A program made the position numbers and the translations under genes. From positions 1 to 28,370 of IMG/VR virus record IMGVR_UViG_3300045581_000404: a stretch of 28,370 nucleotides of DNA; one strand, written 5' to 3'. Below are positions 7,409 to 16,262 of the stretch, in pieces (the first letter of the stretch is position 1; every line of letters begins with the position of its first letter). The notes below the pieces were generated by a model. That model ran no database searches. It had not been told where the DNA came from and was given only the letters and a program-made list of their open reading frames with translations. The stretch is from a virus (lineage: Duplodnaviria; Caudoviricetes).

Positions 7409-9646
7409 TTACGAAAGTTTTGTTGCAGTAATAAATGCGCCTTTTCGGCATACTATTGATGTGGCAGAAGACGCAGTCTGCCTAAACTGAAGTCTGATAG
7501 TATCAGTAGTGGTTGCCTGAACTAAGCACACGAGGTCATACTTAACGTAAACAGCAGGGTTTGTTCCAGTGCTTTGAGCAACAATCGCCTCCTTAGACGT
7601 ATCGTACTGTGCGTAGTTAGTAATTGTTGTCAAGCTGCCGATAACGTTATGATACGAGCCAACTTGGTAAGTACCCCTAAACTGCGCGACTTGCGCATCT
7701 AGGTAAGGAAAATTGCTTGCGACCCTAACAGTAGCGTTGGCTGCTGAACCGCTGCCGGGAACTTCTACAGCAATAAAGGCAGTGAGCGTGTAGAACCCTG
7801 CTGGTAAAGTTATGGAGGCTACCGTTGATAGGCTAGTGCTAGAAACGGTAACATCATTTTGCGAAACGGATTTGTAAAAAGCAGGATAACGTGCATCGCC
7901 AACTCCAACCGTCAACGCGTTTGAAGGATCGTTAGCGTTTTGGCTGGACATCTGAATCAACCCGCTGAATGACTTGTTGCCGCCAATCGCGGTTTGATTT
8001 CCAGAGAGCATCACCGCCGTGTTGTTCGTTGCGATAGTTCCAGCGGCGGTAGGAAGCCCGAATGAGATGTCGCTAGAAAGAGTCGCCTCAGCCGGGATAG
8101 TAATCTGAGCGTACTTCCCGTCTTTGAATAGCCTAATGTGATTCGCATGAACTCCGCCAACGTCATTTCTCTTAACCACCGTATCGGCAGTAGGCGCAAC
8201 TACCCCAGTATCAGGAACGGCTGGGGTCGTGTTCTTCCATAACCCGTTAACTGAATCGTAACTCAGGACTTGATTGTTCGACGGGCTTGAAATTTGCACG
8301 TTGTGCAATTCCTCAAGCTCGAAACCATTCTGCACTTTGACATAAATGCCGTTGAGCGTGTTGCCATCAACTTTAGTCACATAGCCGATGAAGACCATGT
8401 GGTTCGGCGCGGCGGGTTTATTGGCAACTTTGAAAACCATTCCGCCAGCCACGGTAGGAGAAAGCCAGATCGGATCGCCTTCGACAATTCCGTGGCCACT
8501 TGTTAAAGCAATACCAAGCCCAGTGATGTCCCCCTCGGTCAATACATACCCGAAACCATTCTGGGCAAGAGATTGAATCGCTACGCCTATGGTCTTGCTT
8601 GAAGTTGCTTCACTGCTCGCAATCGCAGGAGAGATGATTTTGTTTTCTCCAGCCGCGCCAGAGATGTAAACGACCGCGCCTTTTGTGATTGCTGTAGCGG
8701 CCTTCGCGTAAATTTCGATGTTCGACGCAGTAAGCGAACCATTCGCACTGCGAATCGCAACAGTATTAGCGGCCACTCCAGTTGAACCAAGGCGTGCTTT
8801 TACATCGCCTCCCTCACCATAAAGAAATCCTTCAAGCGTAGTTTGCGTGGAATCAGTAATCAGGTTTGGGCCTCCGCTAATCTCTGTGACTTCAACGGTA
8901 GTTTCAATCCACTCCGCCGCGCCTTCGGTACTATCCACGCAGCGATACGCTTCCTTTCCAATGACGTCGATCCAAAGCGAGCCAGCCGAATAGCCAAGGG
9001 TTTCATCATCGTCCGCATTCGGCTCGCGGTTGCCATCCCATTTCGCTTTAGGCAAACCGATGTTTTGCTGGGCGCGTTGTTGTTGCGAGAGACTCAGGGA
9101 TTGTGGAGTGTCGTAGCGAACTGCTCGCGTATTGAGCCAGCTTTCTGGCGAGGGAAGATTGATTGGCGTCGCCTCGTTGCCACGAATCACATCATTGTTA
9201 ATAGTGACAAGGGCCACGTTTTGCGTAGAGGCATAAGTAGTTCCGCCATCCTGAGTCCACGTGAGTTCGAGCATTCCTTGCACCGATGCCACATCAGCCT
9301 CAAGCGGGGCATTCACGCGCAACGCATCATACAAGTCTAGGCCATCGAGAGTTAAATCGAGGTTGTAGCCATCTGCCGCAGCCTCGCCATTGACGGTCAT
9401 TGTCTGGTACGCATACAGGATCGGCGAGTCGTATTCGTCTAGTGGCTTAACGGCCATCGTTATTACTGAGCCGTCGGGGATGGTGATAGGCTGGTTAGCC
9501 GTATCAACGAAGATGACATTTAGGCGAATTGCATCACCGCGCTTAAAAGTCAAGCCAAGGCCATTGATCTGAAAGCCAGTACGATCTTCTGCCGTTGGAG
9601 CAAGAACGCCGTTGGAATTTACGTAGACTGTTTTTTTAATAATCAT
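7409..9646 (-). CDS. Fibre/receptor-binding-like structural protein
   Basis: 745 aa, mosaic. BppU-like N-terminus (KRGDAIRLNV), DDETLGYSAGSLWID module, KGAVVYISG...IGV...GDPIWLS beta module, LEELHNVQISSPSNNQVLSYD..LWKN fibre repeat, and a beta-sandwich C-terminal head. Confidence 0.7.
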   Translation of the reverse strand: MIIKKTVYVNSNGVLAPTAEDRTGFQINGLGLTFKRGDAIRLNVIFVDTANQPITIPDGSVITMAVKPLDEYDSPILYAYQTMTVNGEAAADGYNLDLTLDGLDLYDALRVNAPLEADVASVQGMLELTWTQDGGTTYASTQNVALVTINNDVIRGNEATPINLPSPESWLNTRAVRYDTPQSLSLSQQQRAQQNIGLPKAKWDGNREPNADDDETLGYSAGSLWIDVIGKEAYRCVDSTEGAAEWIETTVEVTEISGGPNLITDSTQTTLEGFLYGEGGDVKARLGSTGVAANTVAIRSANGSLTASNIEIYAKAATAITKGAVVYISGAAGENKIISPAIASSEATSSKTIGVAIQSLAQNGFGYVLTEGDITGLGIALTSGHGIVEGDPIWLSPTVAGGMVFKVANKPAAPNHMVFIGYVTKVDGNTLNGIYVKVQNGFELEELHNVQISSPSNNQVLSYDSVNGLWKNTTPAVPDTGVVAPTADTVVKRNDVGGVHANHIRLFKDGKYAQITIPAEATLSSDISFGLPTAAGTIATNNTAVMLSGNQTAIGGNKSFSGLIQMSSQNANDPSNALTVGVGDARYPAFYKSVSQNDVTVSSTSLSTVASITLPAGFYTLTAFIAVEVPGSGSAANATVRVASNFPYLDAQVAQFRGTYQVGSYHNVIGSLTTITNYAQYDTSKEAIVAQSTGTNPAVYVKYDLVCLVQATTTDTIRLQFRQTASSATSIVCRKGAFITATKLS

Positions 9647-9712
9647 TGGAGCCGCGCCGCATCAAGGCACGCCAACGCTGCCAAAGCGTTTCAGCATTGT
9701 CAAGATCAGCCG

Positions 9713-10060
9713 CTATCCTTTGCGTCGAATCTCATCCGCGAGAGAACGAAACTCAGCGGTCTGTTGCTCGGTGGCGCGAATCAAACGCTCCCTGCTTTCT
9801 TGGATATTAGCGACCAGCTTGTCCATCCGCGACTCATGCTCATCACGGTCAGCGATGCGGTCGGCCATGCTTTGCTTGTAGGCATTGTGGATAGAGACAA
9901 GCGCATACATCACCGCAATCAAGAACGCAACAGGCAGACCAAGCGAGGATACCCACTCAGGCAAACCGGGCAAGGTAGCCGTGTCGGCCAGTAAAGTTGT
10001 TCCAGCGCAGACAATCGCCGCAATGGGTTTTCCAAAGTCCATTATCATCTCGGATTGCAT
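9713..10060 (-). CDS. Holin-like membrane protein
   Basis: Hydrophobic segment LGLPVAFLIAVMYALVSI followed by a charged coiled coil with a basic end. Confidence 0.4.
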   Translation of the reverse strand: MQSEMIMDFGKPIAAIVCAGTTLLADTATLPGLPEWVSSLGLPVAFLIAVMYALVSIHNAYKQSMADRIADRDEHESRMDKLVANIQESRERLIRATEQQTAEFRSLADEIRRKG

Positions 10061-10065
10061 GAAGG

Positions 10066-11547
10066 TTAGGCAATATGGCTGAGGGCTTTTGCGGAGTGGC
10101 GTTTGAAGAGTTTTGATGCACTAGTCAGGTCAAGTGAACGCGCTTGGAATAGCGCATCAGGATTTGCAGGGATTGCGACTAGGCTAATCTCAAATAGATA
10201 AACTTTCTCAATCGTGTGGCCATCGGGGCCGTAAAGGAAGACACCACCCATGCTGAGGGTTTTCAAGTGGCCTTCCATGATGAGGAAACGGACGGTACTC
10301 AACTCAGGCGCATTGCTAACTTTGCCAACCACGCGCAAGCCAATGTCGTCTTGCACCACTTCAGTGTAGCTTCCTGCGATGTTTTCGACGCTATTCTTGT
10401 GGTCAATCAGCATGACGGGGTTGCGCTTGAACTCGCGAATCGTTTCGGTGAATGCACCGGGCATCACGGTATCGCCATCGCGGTCTTTTGCGGTGACATG
10501 CGCAAAGGTCGAGCCGTAGCCAGCGATCATCACGTCGGCATAGTCTACGACGCGGTTCGATTGATCCTTGATTGCGACGCCTTTCGTTCCATCCTGAAGC
10601 AACGCCTCATTGGTCTGCCAAGTCGCCATCTTGCGCTCGACATAAGGAGCGTCATAGGGAGTGAGTTCATCAACTCCAAGGTCAATCGTCGAGTCGCTGG
10701 CCAGCAACAAGCCATTCTCGTCGGGGATAGCCAAGCGGACAGATGCGCGATCATTTGCAAGGTTTGCAATTACGCCAGCGACTTTGACGCCATCATGAGT
10801 GAAGAGGACTGCTTTGCCAGCAGCGAGTTCGGCCTCGTCTTCGTAGTCGAGTTTGATTGCCTTGCCTTCATTCTCCAACTGACGCGCTTTTGCTTCAGCC
10901 CAAGACTTTCCTGCATCGCCGCCCCACAAAGCCCACGCAATGCGGCCAGCACTAGGATAGCCATCCTCACCGGGTCTGAATCCTTGCGCTTGCTTGTCAA
11001 CTTCATGGCGAGCGAAGTAAGAAACCATTCGGCCAATCGTCTCAGGGGAAAGCTCGGTGCGGTTTGAAATGTCCCGCGCACGCGCAACGCCAACCGCAGT
11101 TCCGCCGCGATTGTATTCCCTCCGCCATGCAAGACCGCGCTCGGCTTCAACCGCCATGGCTTCGGTCGGTTTAAGGTTGACCGCTTTGCCATCGCTCTCT
11201 TCGGTGCTTCCAGCAAGTAAAGGTGCATCAACTCGCGTCAGTCCAGCAAGGTAGAAACCAAGGGCTTCTCCAGTGAAGCCGCCGTCCTTCCATACTGAGA
11301 CAAGCGCAACGGGATTGTCAGGCGCAGCGTCGAGTTTCGTATCGCCAAAATTCAGGGTTCCTTCTGGCATGATGTGGTCAACGCGGCCAATCAAGTCCTC
11401 GCCCCATGATACGAAATCGCCTTCCTTCAAAGGCTCGGCTGGCGGTGGCTCAATAAGAAGATCCTTTTGGCGCGTGTCTTCGCGCTGCTTGACAAGGTTA
11501 AACTTGAAAGCGGTTGCTGGTTTTGCGGCGAGAAACTTGAAGGTCAT
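10066..11547 (-). CDS. Prohead protease (HK97 gp4-like) with additional N-terminal domains
   Basis: C-terminal IAGYGSTF...DRDGD.V.PGAF...PVMLIDH...LSMGG...LFEISLVAIPANPDA (His and Ser catalytic motifs). N-terminal SH3-like domain (LKEGDFVSW) and a helical GGTAVGVARAR...GRIAWALWGGDAG domain. Confidence 0.88.
   Translation of the reverse strand: MTFKFLAAKPATAFKFNLVKQREDTRQKDLLIEPPPAEPLKEGDFVSWGEDLIGRVDHIMPEGTLNFGDTKLDAAPDNPVALVSVWKDGGFTGEALGFYLAGLTRVDAPLLAGSTEESDGKAVNLKPTEAMAVEAERGLAWRREYNRGGTAVGVARARDISNRTELSPETIGRMVSYFARHEVDKQAQGFRPGEDGYPSAGRIAWALWGGDAGKSWAEAKARQLENEGKAIKLDYEDEAELAAGKAVLFTHDGVKVAGVIANLANDRASVRLAIPDENGLLLASDSTIDLGVDELTPYDAPYVERKMATWQTNEALLQDGTKGVAIKDQSNRVVDYADVMIAGYGSTFAHVTAKDRDGDTVMPGAFTETIREFKRNPVMLIDHKNSVENIAGSYTEVVQDDIGLRVVGKVSNAPELSTVRFLIMEGHLKTLSMGGVFLYGPDGHTIEKVYLFEISLVAIPANPDALFQARSLDLTSASKLFKRHSAKALSHIA
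10755..10769. repeat. TTGCAA-N3-TTGCAA motif copy (perfect, intragenic)
   Basis: TTGCAA ggt TTGCAA; encodes IANLAN. Confidence 0.9.
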
Positions 11548-11567
11548 TGTGAGTGCGGAACTTCAAG

Positions 11568-11597
11568 ATCCTAGGACTACGCGAGGGTAAATGTCAA
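11568..11597 (-). promoter_or_regulatory. Sigma70-like promoter for protease gene
   Basis: TTGACA (11597-11592)-N18-TAGGAT (11573-11568). Confidence 0.5.
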
Positions 11598-11807
11598 TCA
11601 CCTGTATTGAGGCGGTGGCCATGTACCGTTCTTTTTAAGGTCAAGCTCCGCGATCTTGATAACCTCCAATGTGGATTTTTTGAAGTCACTTTCTGACGCC
11701 GCAGAGGTGATGTCATCAAGGGCGTTGAAGTATTTCGTGCGGTTAATTGACTGCAAAGCTATGCTGTTTGCAATCCACGCGTATTTTCTGGATGTCGAGG
11801 CGCTCAT
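11598..11807 (-). CDS. Small protein coupled to the MuF toxin gene (candidate immunity protein)
   Basis: 69 aa; ATG abuts the TAA of the MuF gene (TAAATG). Confidence 0.5.
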   Translation of the reverse strand: MSASTSRKYAWIANSIALQSINRTKYFNALDDITSAASESDFKKSTLEVIKIAELDLKKNGTWPPPQYR

Positions 11808-14800
11808 TTAGTTTTCGTCGAATAAGAATGTCTTTTCAGTTTCATTCCATTTTGCCGTTTCATCAAGCAAAACATAGTGCCTGTTGTTGACAACGACCAA
11901 GTAATCCATGCTTTCAACGTGAATTGCGTCATATCCTGCTACCCTAGCATAAGCGCCAGAGTTGAATGATAAATCAAGCGCGACAGTCCTTAACTTGTAA
12001 AGCCTACCGAACTCATCTTTTATTTCATCCAGCATCTCAGGCGTCACGTCACTAATTGACGAAAGTCCGTACTTTTCTTTGGCGTAAATAGTTGGACTGC
12101 GCGGGAATAAGTCACCGATGTAATCTGTGAATGCTATTTTTTCCTCATCTAATTTGATGTTGCTAATAACATTTGCTTCCTTTCTTAGAAAACCAACCAT
12201 AATTTTAGCATCTGGCCCTTGCTCGGCGTAGTCTATCGCCGTAGAAGAAAATTTTCTAGCTAATGTATCTTCTAGCGTTATCTTGTAAGGCGCAACTAAC
12301 TGGTGGTAGTAGCCGTCTCCGTAGACACCTGAGCCTTGCCACGCCTTATCCTTTTTCAAAGCACCTAATGGGTCTGGGTGGTCTACGCCACGGTCAAAGT
12401 GACCTAGGGGGTGTGAGTCTTTTGCCGCTTTTACAAAATCTTTCTTGCTGAGGAAGTTTGGTTTTTCATCCGAGGCAAAGCGGGCACGCTGCATGTGGAT
12501 AGACCCGCCATCCACAAATGAGAAGGTTTCGCCAGTCAAGGCATTTTCAAATGGCTTTAAGTCTATGTTAAACCCATCAACGGTAGATAGTAGCTGATCT
12601 ACCTGCTTAGTCGTAAACGCCCCTGATAGGAAATCATTCAGCTTGTCGTACTTCTCATCAGTGGGAATACCGGGCAAGCGAGCTGTCTTTGGCGCTACTG
12701 CTTCTTTTAGAGAAGGTTTCGCGAGGCCGCGAACTTGGGCATCAGTCATGTATGGTGACCAACCGCTTTCCTTTAAGTACGCCACTACGTCAGCCCTACT
12801 CCACTTATTTACGCTCATCGCTTTCAACTGAGCAGAGAGATCGTCAAAAGACTGGCCGCCTCGAACCACTAAGTCGTTAAAGTATGCTCCTACCAGATTG
12901 TCTAGCTGCTCTTTGGGGTAAGAGTACCCTAGGTTGTCTGGAACCACCGCCCCTTTCAGTTTAGAAACCCAGTCATACTCATTCGGTGACGCTGACTCAA
13001 AGTCAAAATCCAAATAGGTCACGCCATTGCCTTGCGTCTTGCCTACTAGCCTTAGCTTGCTTCCCCTTTGAAGAAGGGTCTCTACCTCATCAGCGTAGTA
13101 AGCGGATGGCGAAGCACCAGACACGTACTTAACTGGAGCGCCCTTTGGTAGCTTCACGCGCATTACTATCCCTCCGTACTGGACGGTTTCTTTGATAAAC
13201 GCCGAGTTCATACTAGGCGTTGTTGACATGAAGCTGTCTTCCACCAAGTAGTCGCCTACATTTAAGTTTTCTAGCTCAGGGACAGAGTTTAAGCCCCTAA
13301 ACACATACGTCTCTTTTTGTAGAGTTCTTGATGATAATGATTCAGTTAATGCGCGAACTCTTGGAGCATCTTGAATTACTTGAATGTTATTAGTGAATCC
13401 TGTTCTTAGCCTTTGTGAGAATGCTGGGGTCTCTATGTAATCAGCAAAGGCTAAACGATCATCATTAGTCAAATTCACACTTCCATTGAATAGCCTACCA
13501 TAAAATTCAGCGGCATTTCGCGGCGATCCGCTAGGCACTAGCTCCATTGACGCCACGAATCCATCATAGCCGACTGGAGTTCTACCTGAAGTTGTTGCTG
13601 TAGTAGCCGAAGGCGTATCTGGTATGATAGGCGTCAATGCTGGCGGTGGAGCGATTGTTGGTACAGGATCGACAACGGCTGGGATAGGCGCTGGGGTAGG
13701 CGTAGGCTTCGGCGCAACTACTGGTTTTGGTTTTGGCGTAGGCTTCGGTTTGACTGGAACCAAAGGCGAAGCAGCGGGAAGCGGAGGCGTAGGAGGTAAA
13801 GGCTTCGGCGCAATCGGCGCGGCGGGTGGTTGCGGCGGCTCAGGAGGTTTCGGTGGTTTAGGCAGTCCGCCATCCGATACTAGTGCTGGAACTGGACGAC
13901 CGCGATCTTCCCATGTTCCTATTCCTTCGCCTTGTTTCAATGGCAAGGCTGGCGTGCTTCCATTCTCTTGCCTGAATCCGCTGGCGGTGATTGCGCCAGT
14001 GTGGTTGATGTGGAAGCGCAAGTCGCCTGAGTATTCAATCGGGACGTTCTTGATGTTGCAGGTAGGCGTTCCGCGAAAGGTGGGGATTCCTTGCTCGATT
14101 GCCTCGCAACCTGATACGCTTACATGCGTCACGGTTCCGCTGTCCTTCATTGAACGGATCGCTGCCCTATCTGCGGCGCGGCCAAGTTCAGTTCGCACAA
14201 TAGTTGGCACGCGATTCGTTGCAATCTGAGGGATCTTTGTGCGAATCTCATCCATCAACTCACCGGGACTTTTGCCAGCGTCGATGCCCTTTGAAATCAA
14301 TCTAGCCAGTCTGCGCTGAGTAGTATTGTTTACGCCAGTCACATCCTTGGCAATCTCGTTGATGGATTGCTGCATGACCCGCTTTGCTGGCGCGGATGGT
14401 TTTACGCCAGTAAGCAGCGTGGTAGTCTTTTCATGGATGTCGTCGGCTACCGATTGCATCACTGGTTGAACCGTCGCTTCGACTTCTTTGCCAAGAATGC
14501 GAAATGCTTGCTCTAGCGCACTCGCCCACAGGTCGGCGTGTTGATCTGCCTGAACGGTCATCGTGACTGCCTTGACTTGTCGCGTTGCCGCAACGCCAGC
14601 CATACGAATCAGCGATGTCTCGAATAGTTCAAGAACCTTTTCAACTTGGCGGCGCATCACTGCGGTGAGTGATTTGGTGAGAAGACGCGTGCCTTTGAGC
14701 TTTGCCGCACGCTGAACATTCAAGAGGTCTTTGGTCAACTGCGCACCGTTGCGCGTCATGAAGGATTCCATTGTCCAGCCGCCAGCGGGCAGTTTGCTTT

Positions 14801-14897
14801 TTGCAACCTTTGCAAAAATCTTGGACGGAGAAACAAAGTGCCTACAGCCGCAAGTCGGCTTCGTCCGCGTCAGAGGCAAGGTGCGTTGATACCTCAT
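11808..14897 (-). CDS. MuF/SPP1 gp7-like minor head protein fused to ADP-ribosyltransferase domain(s)
   Basis: Follows the portal. N-terminal VNNTTQRRL...GIDAGKS...TIVRTE (MuF). Pro-rich linker at about 13620-13870. VIP2-type R-S-ExE motifs YVFRG / SFMSTT / DEVETLL.RGS at about 13050-13310. Second ART-like block RGV...GSGVYGDGYY...AIDYA...GYDAI at about 11880-12400. Confidence 0.8.
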   Translation of the reverse strand: MRYQRTLPLTRTKPTCGCRHFVSPSKIFAKVAKSKLPAGGWTMESFMTRNGAQLTKDLLNVQRAAKLKGTRLLTKSLTAVMRRQVEKVLELFETSLIRMAGVAATRQVKAVTMTVQADQHADLWASALEQAFRILGKEVEATVQPVMQSVADDIHEKTTTLLTGVKPSAPAKRVMQQSINEIAKDVTGVNNTTQRRLARLISKGIDAGKSPGELMDEIRTKIPQIATNRVPTIVRTELGRAADRAAIRSMKDSGTVTHVSVSGCEAIEQGIPTFRGTPTCNIKNVPIEYSGDLRFHINHTGAITASGFRQENGSTPALPLKQGEGIGTWEDRGRPVPALVSDGGLPKPPKPPEPPQPPAAPIAPKPLPPTPPLPAASPLVPVKPKPTPKPKPVVAPKPTPTPAPIPAVVDPVPTIAPPPALTPIIPDTPSATTATTSGRTPVGYDGFVASMELVPSGSPRNAAEFYGRLFNGSVNLTNDDRLAFADYIETPAFSQRLRTGFTNNIQVIQDAPRVRALTESLSSRTLQKETYVFRGLNSVPELENLNVGDYLVEDSFMSTTPSMNSAFIKETVQYGGIVMRVKLPKGAPVKYVSGASPSAYYADEVETLLQRGSKLRLVGKTQGNGVTYLDFDFESASPNEYDWVSKLKGAVVPDNLGYSYPKEQLDNLVGAYFNDLVVRGGQSFDDLSAQLKAMSVNKWSRADVVAYLKESGWSPYMTDAQVRGLAKPSLKEAVAPKTARLPGIPTDEKYDKLNDFLSGAFTTKQVDQLLSTVDGFNIDLKPFENALTGETFSFVDGGSIHMQRARFASDEKPNFLSKKDFVKAAKDSHPLGHFDRGVDHPDPLGALKKDKAWQGSGVYGDGYYHQLVAPYKITLEDTLARKFSSTAIDYAEQGPDAKIMVGFLRKEANVISNIKLDEEKIAFTDYIGDLFPRSPTIYAKEKYGLSSISDVTPEMLDEIKDEFGRLYKLRTVALDLSFNSGAYARVAGYDAIHVESMDYLVVVNNRHYVLLDETAKWNETEKTFLFDEN
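14801..14815. repeat. TTGCAA-N3-TTGCAA motif copy (perfect, intragenic)
   Basis: TTGCAA cct TTGCAA; encodes FAKVAK. Confidence 0.9.
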
Positions 14898-14900
14898 AGG

Positions 14901-16220
14901 TCATAGCGACTGCGGAGGTTCGGCGGCTCCGCTCATGCCAGCAACTGCCATCGGAACAAGGCCACTTTCGACAAAGAATTGATCCAAGTAAGGGTCGTCG
15001 ATGCGTTGCAAGCCAGCCTTCTCGCGCAACTCATTCGGCGTCATCGCACCTAGCTTTACCATCGGGCCGTAATCCTTGAGGGTCTGCTCAACGTCGATGA
15101 GGCCAGACATGCTGTAATCATAGCGAAGGTTGTCGCCGTAGGCTTTGGCAATGCCGCCAGCCATGTTGATGCGGCCAATCAATAGGTCAAGCAATGGCAC
15201 GCACTCGTACTTGCGGAAGTTGATGTCATCCTGTCTTGCGGTTGCGTAGTTTGCCGCGCCAGCGATACCAGCGACTGAGAGTGGTACGCCGTGGATGAGG
15301 AAGATTTGCTCAACCGTCCATTTCTCGCGCTCAATCGCTTGCATCTCTTGCATCGTCAGGCCGAGCTTATGGTATGACCAATCGCCATTCAGGAAAGCAG
15401 TCTTACCTGCATTGCCGCGACCGCCGTATTCTGAATTGAACTTTTGACGGAATGCTTTCCATGCGCCTTCGTCTTCGATGACATCCTTCTTTGTCAGAAT
15501 ACCAGACGGCATCGCGCCATTCTCAAGGAACTTCTCGTCTAGCGCATTGCGGTTGATGTAAGCAGACAACGTGTCTTGTGACGGCTCGACATCGCCAAGC
15601 CCCATGATGAGATTGTTCGGATGCGGTCTGCGGAACTGAAGTACTTCCTCTGGCTTGAACGCAATCGTTTGACCATTGACCTTGTACTTCCATCCTTTGA
15701 CTTTGAGCTTTGGATCAGGGTCAGCCTCGACGTACTGCGGAAGCAATGGAAACAGCGCGGCGGGTTGGCCAGCGCCATTGACTTCATCCTTTAGCCAGTA
15801 CGCCGTACCAGTCAGCTTCATGTGGAATGTCCACATGTAAATCAACTCTTCCCACGAATCGAAAGGGTTTGGAGTGGATAGGAAAAGGGAAAGCGGATGA
15901 TCTTCAGGAAGCAGTTGATCTTCAGCATTGTCGCCGCCTAGCTGAACCGCTTGAACTTTTGCGGAGACGAGGACGTTGGCAACCAAGTGACAGGCGCGGA
16001 ACGATGCCCAGACTTTCTTGCTGCCGACATCAAGGAATGATTGGAAGTCGGCGAGCTTCGAGATGGTGACGCCAACCCGTTGTTCGATGAAGTTGCGCTC
16101 CTTTACGTTCGGGATGCGCGAAAGAACGGTCTGCTCGGCAATGCTGAACAACTCCTTTCTATCATTGTAGCTGAGGTCTGAGAGTTTGGCTGGCGTATTC
16201 TTAAAGATCCAGAATGGCAT
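14901..16220 (-). CDS. Portal protein (HK97 family)
   Basis: HPL..FLSTPNP, LTGTAYW, EVLQFR...GLG, FLENGAMPSGIL, NAGKT, IHGVP, GAMTPNELR. Confidence 0.93.
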   Translation of the reverse strand: MPFWIFKNTPAKLSDLSYNDRKELFSIAEQTVLSRIPNVKERNFIEQRVGVTISKLADFQSFLDVGSKKVWASFRACHLVANVLVSAKVQAVQLGGDNAEDQLLPEDHPLSLFLSTPNPFDSWEELIYMWTFHMKLTGTAYWLKDEVNGAGQPAALFPLLPQYVEADPDPKLKVKGWKYKVNGQTIAFKPEEVLQFRRPHPNNLIMGLGDVEPSQDTLSAYINRNALDEKFLENGAMPSGILTKKDVIEDEGAWKAFRQKFNSEYGGRGNAGKTAFLNGDWSYHKLGLTMQEMQAIEREKWTVEQIFLIHGVPLSVAGIAGAANYATARQDDINFRKYECVPLLDLLIGRINMAGGIAKAYGDNLRYDYSMSGLIDVEQTLKDYGPMVKLGAMTPNELREKAGLQRIDDPYLDQFFVESGLVPMAVAGMSGAAEPPQSL

Positions 16221-16262
16221 TGCGCGAAATGGTTAGGTCGTTTGTCAACTATCGGTAATTTA

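Noticed and set aside
10216-11067. 283-aa plus-strand ORF
   Set aside because: Antisense shadow of the protease gene.
13624-14229. Gly-rich 201-aa plus-strand ORF resembling a collagen-like protein
   Set aside because: It is the reverse complement of the Pro-rich MuF linker.
8294-15353. Two-mismatch motif look-alikes at 8294, 10164 and 15339
   Set aside because: Two-mismatch hits are close to chance expectation, and one simply encodes MQEMQ; not counted.
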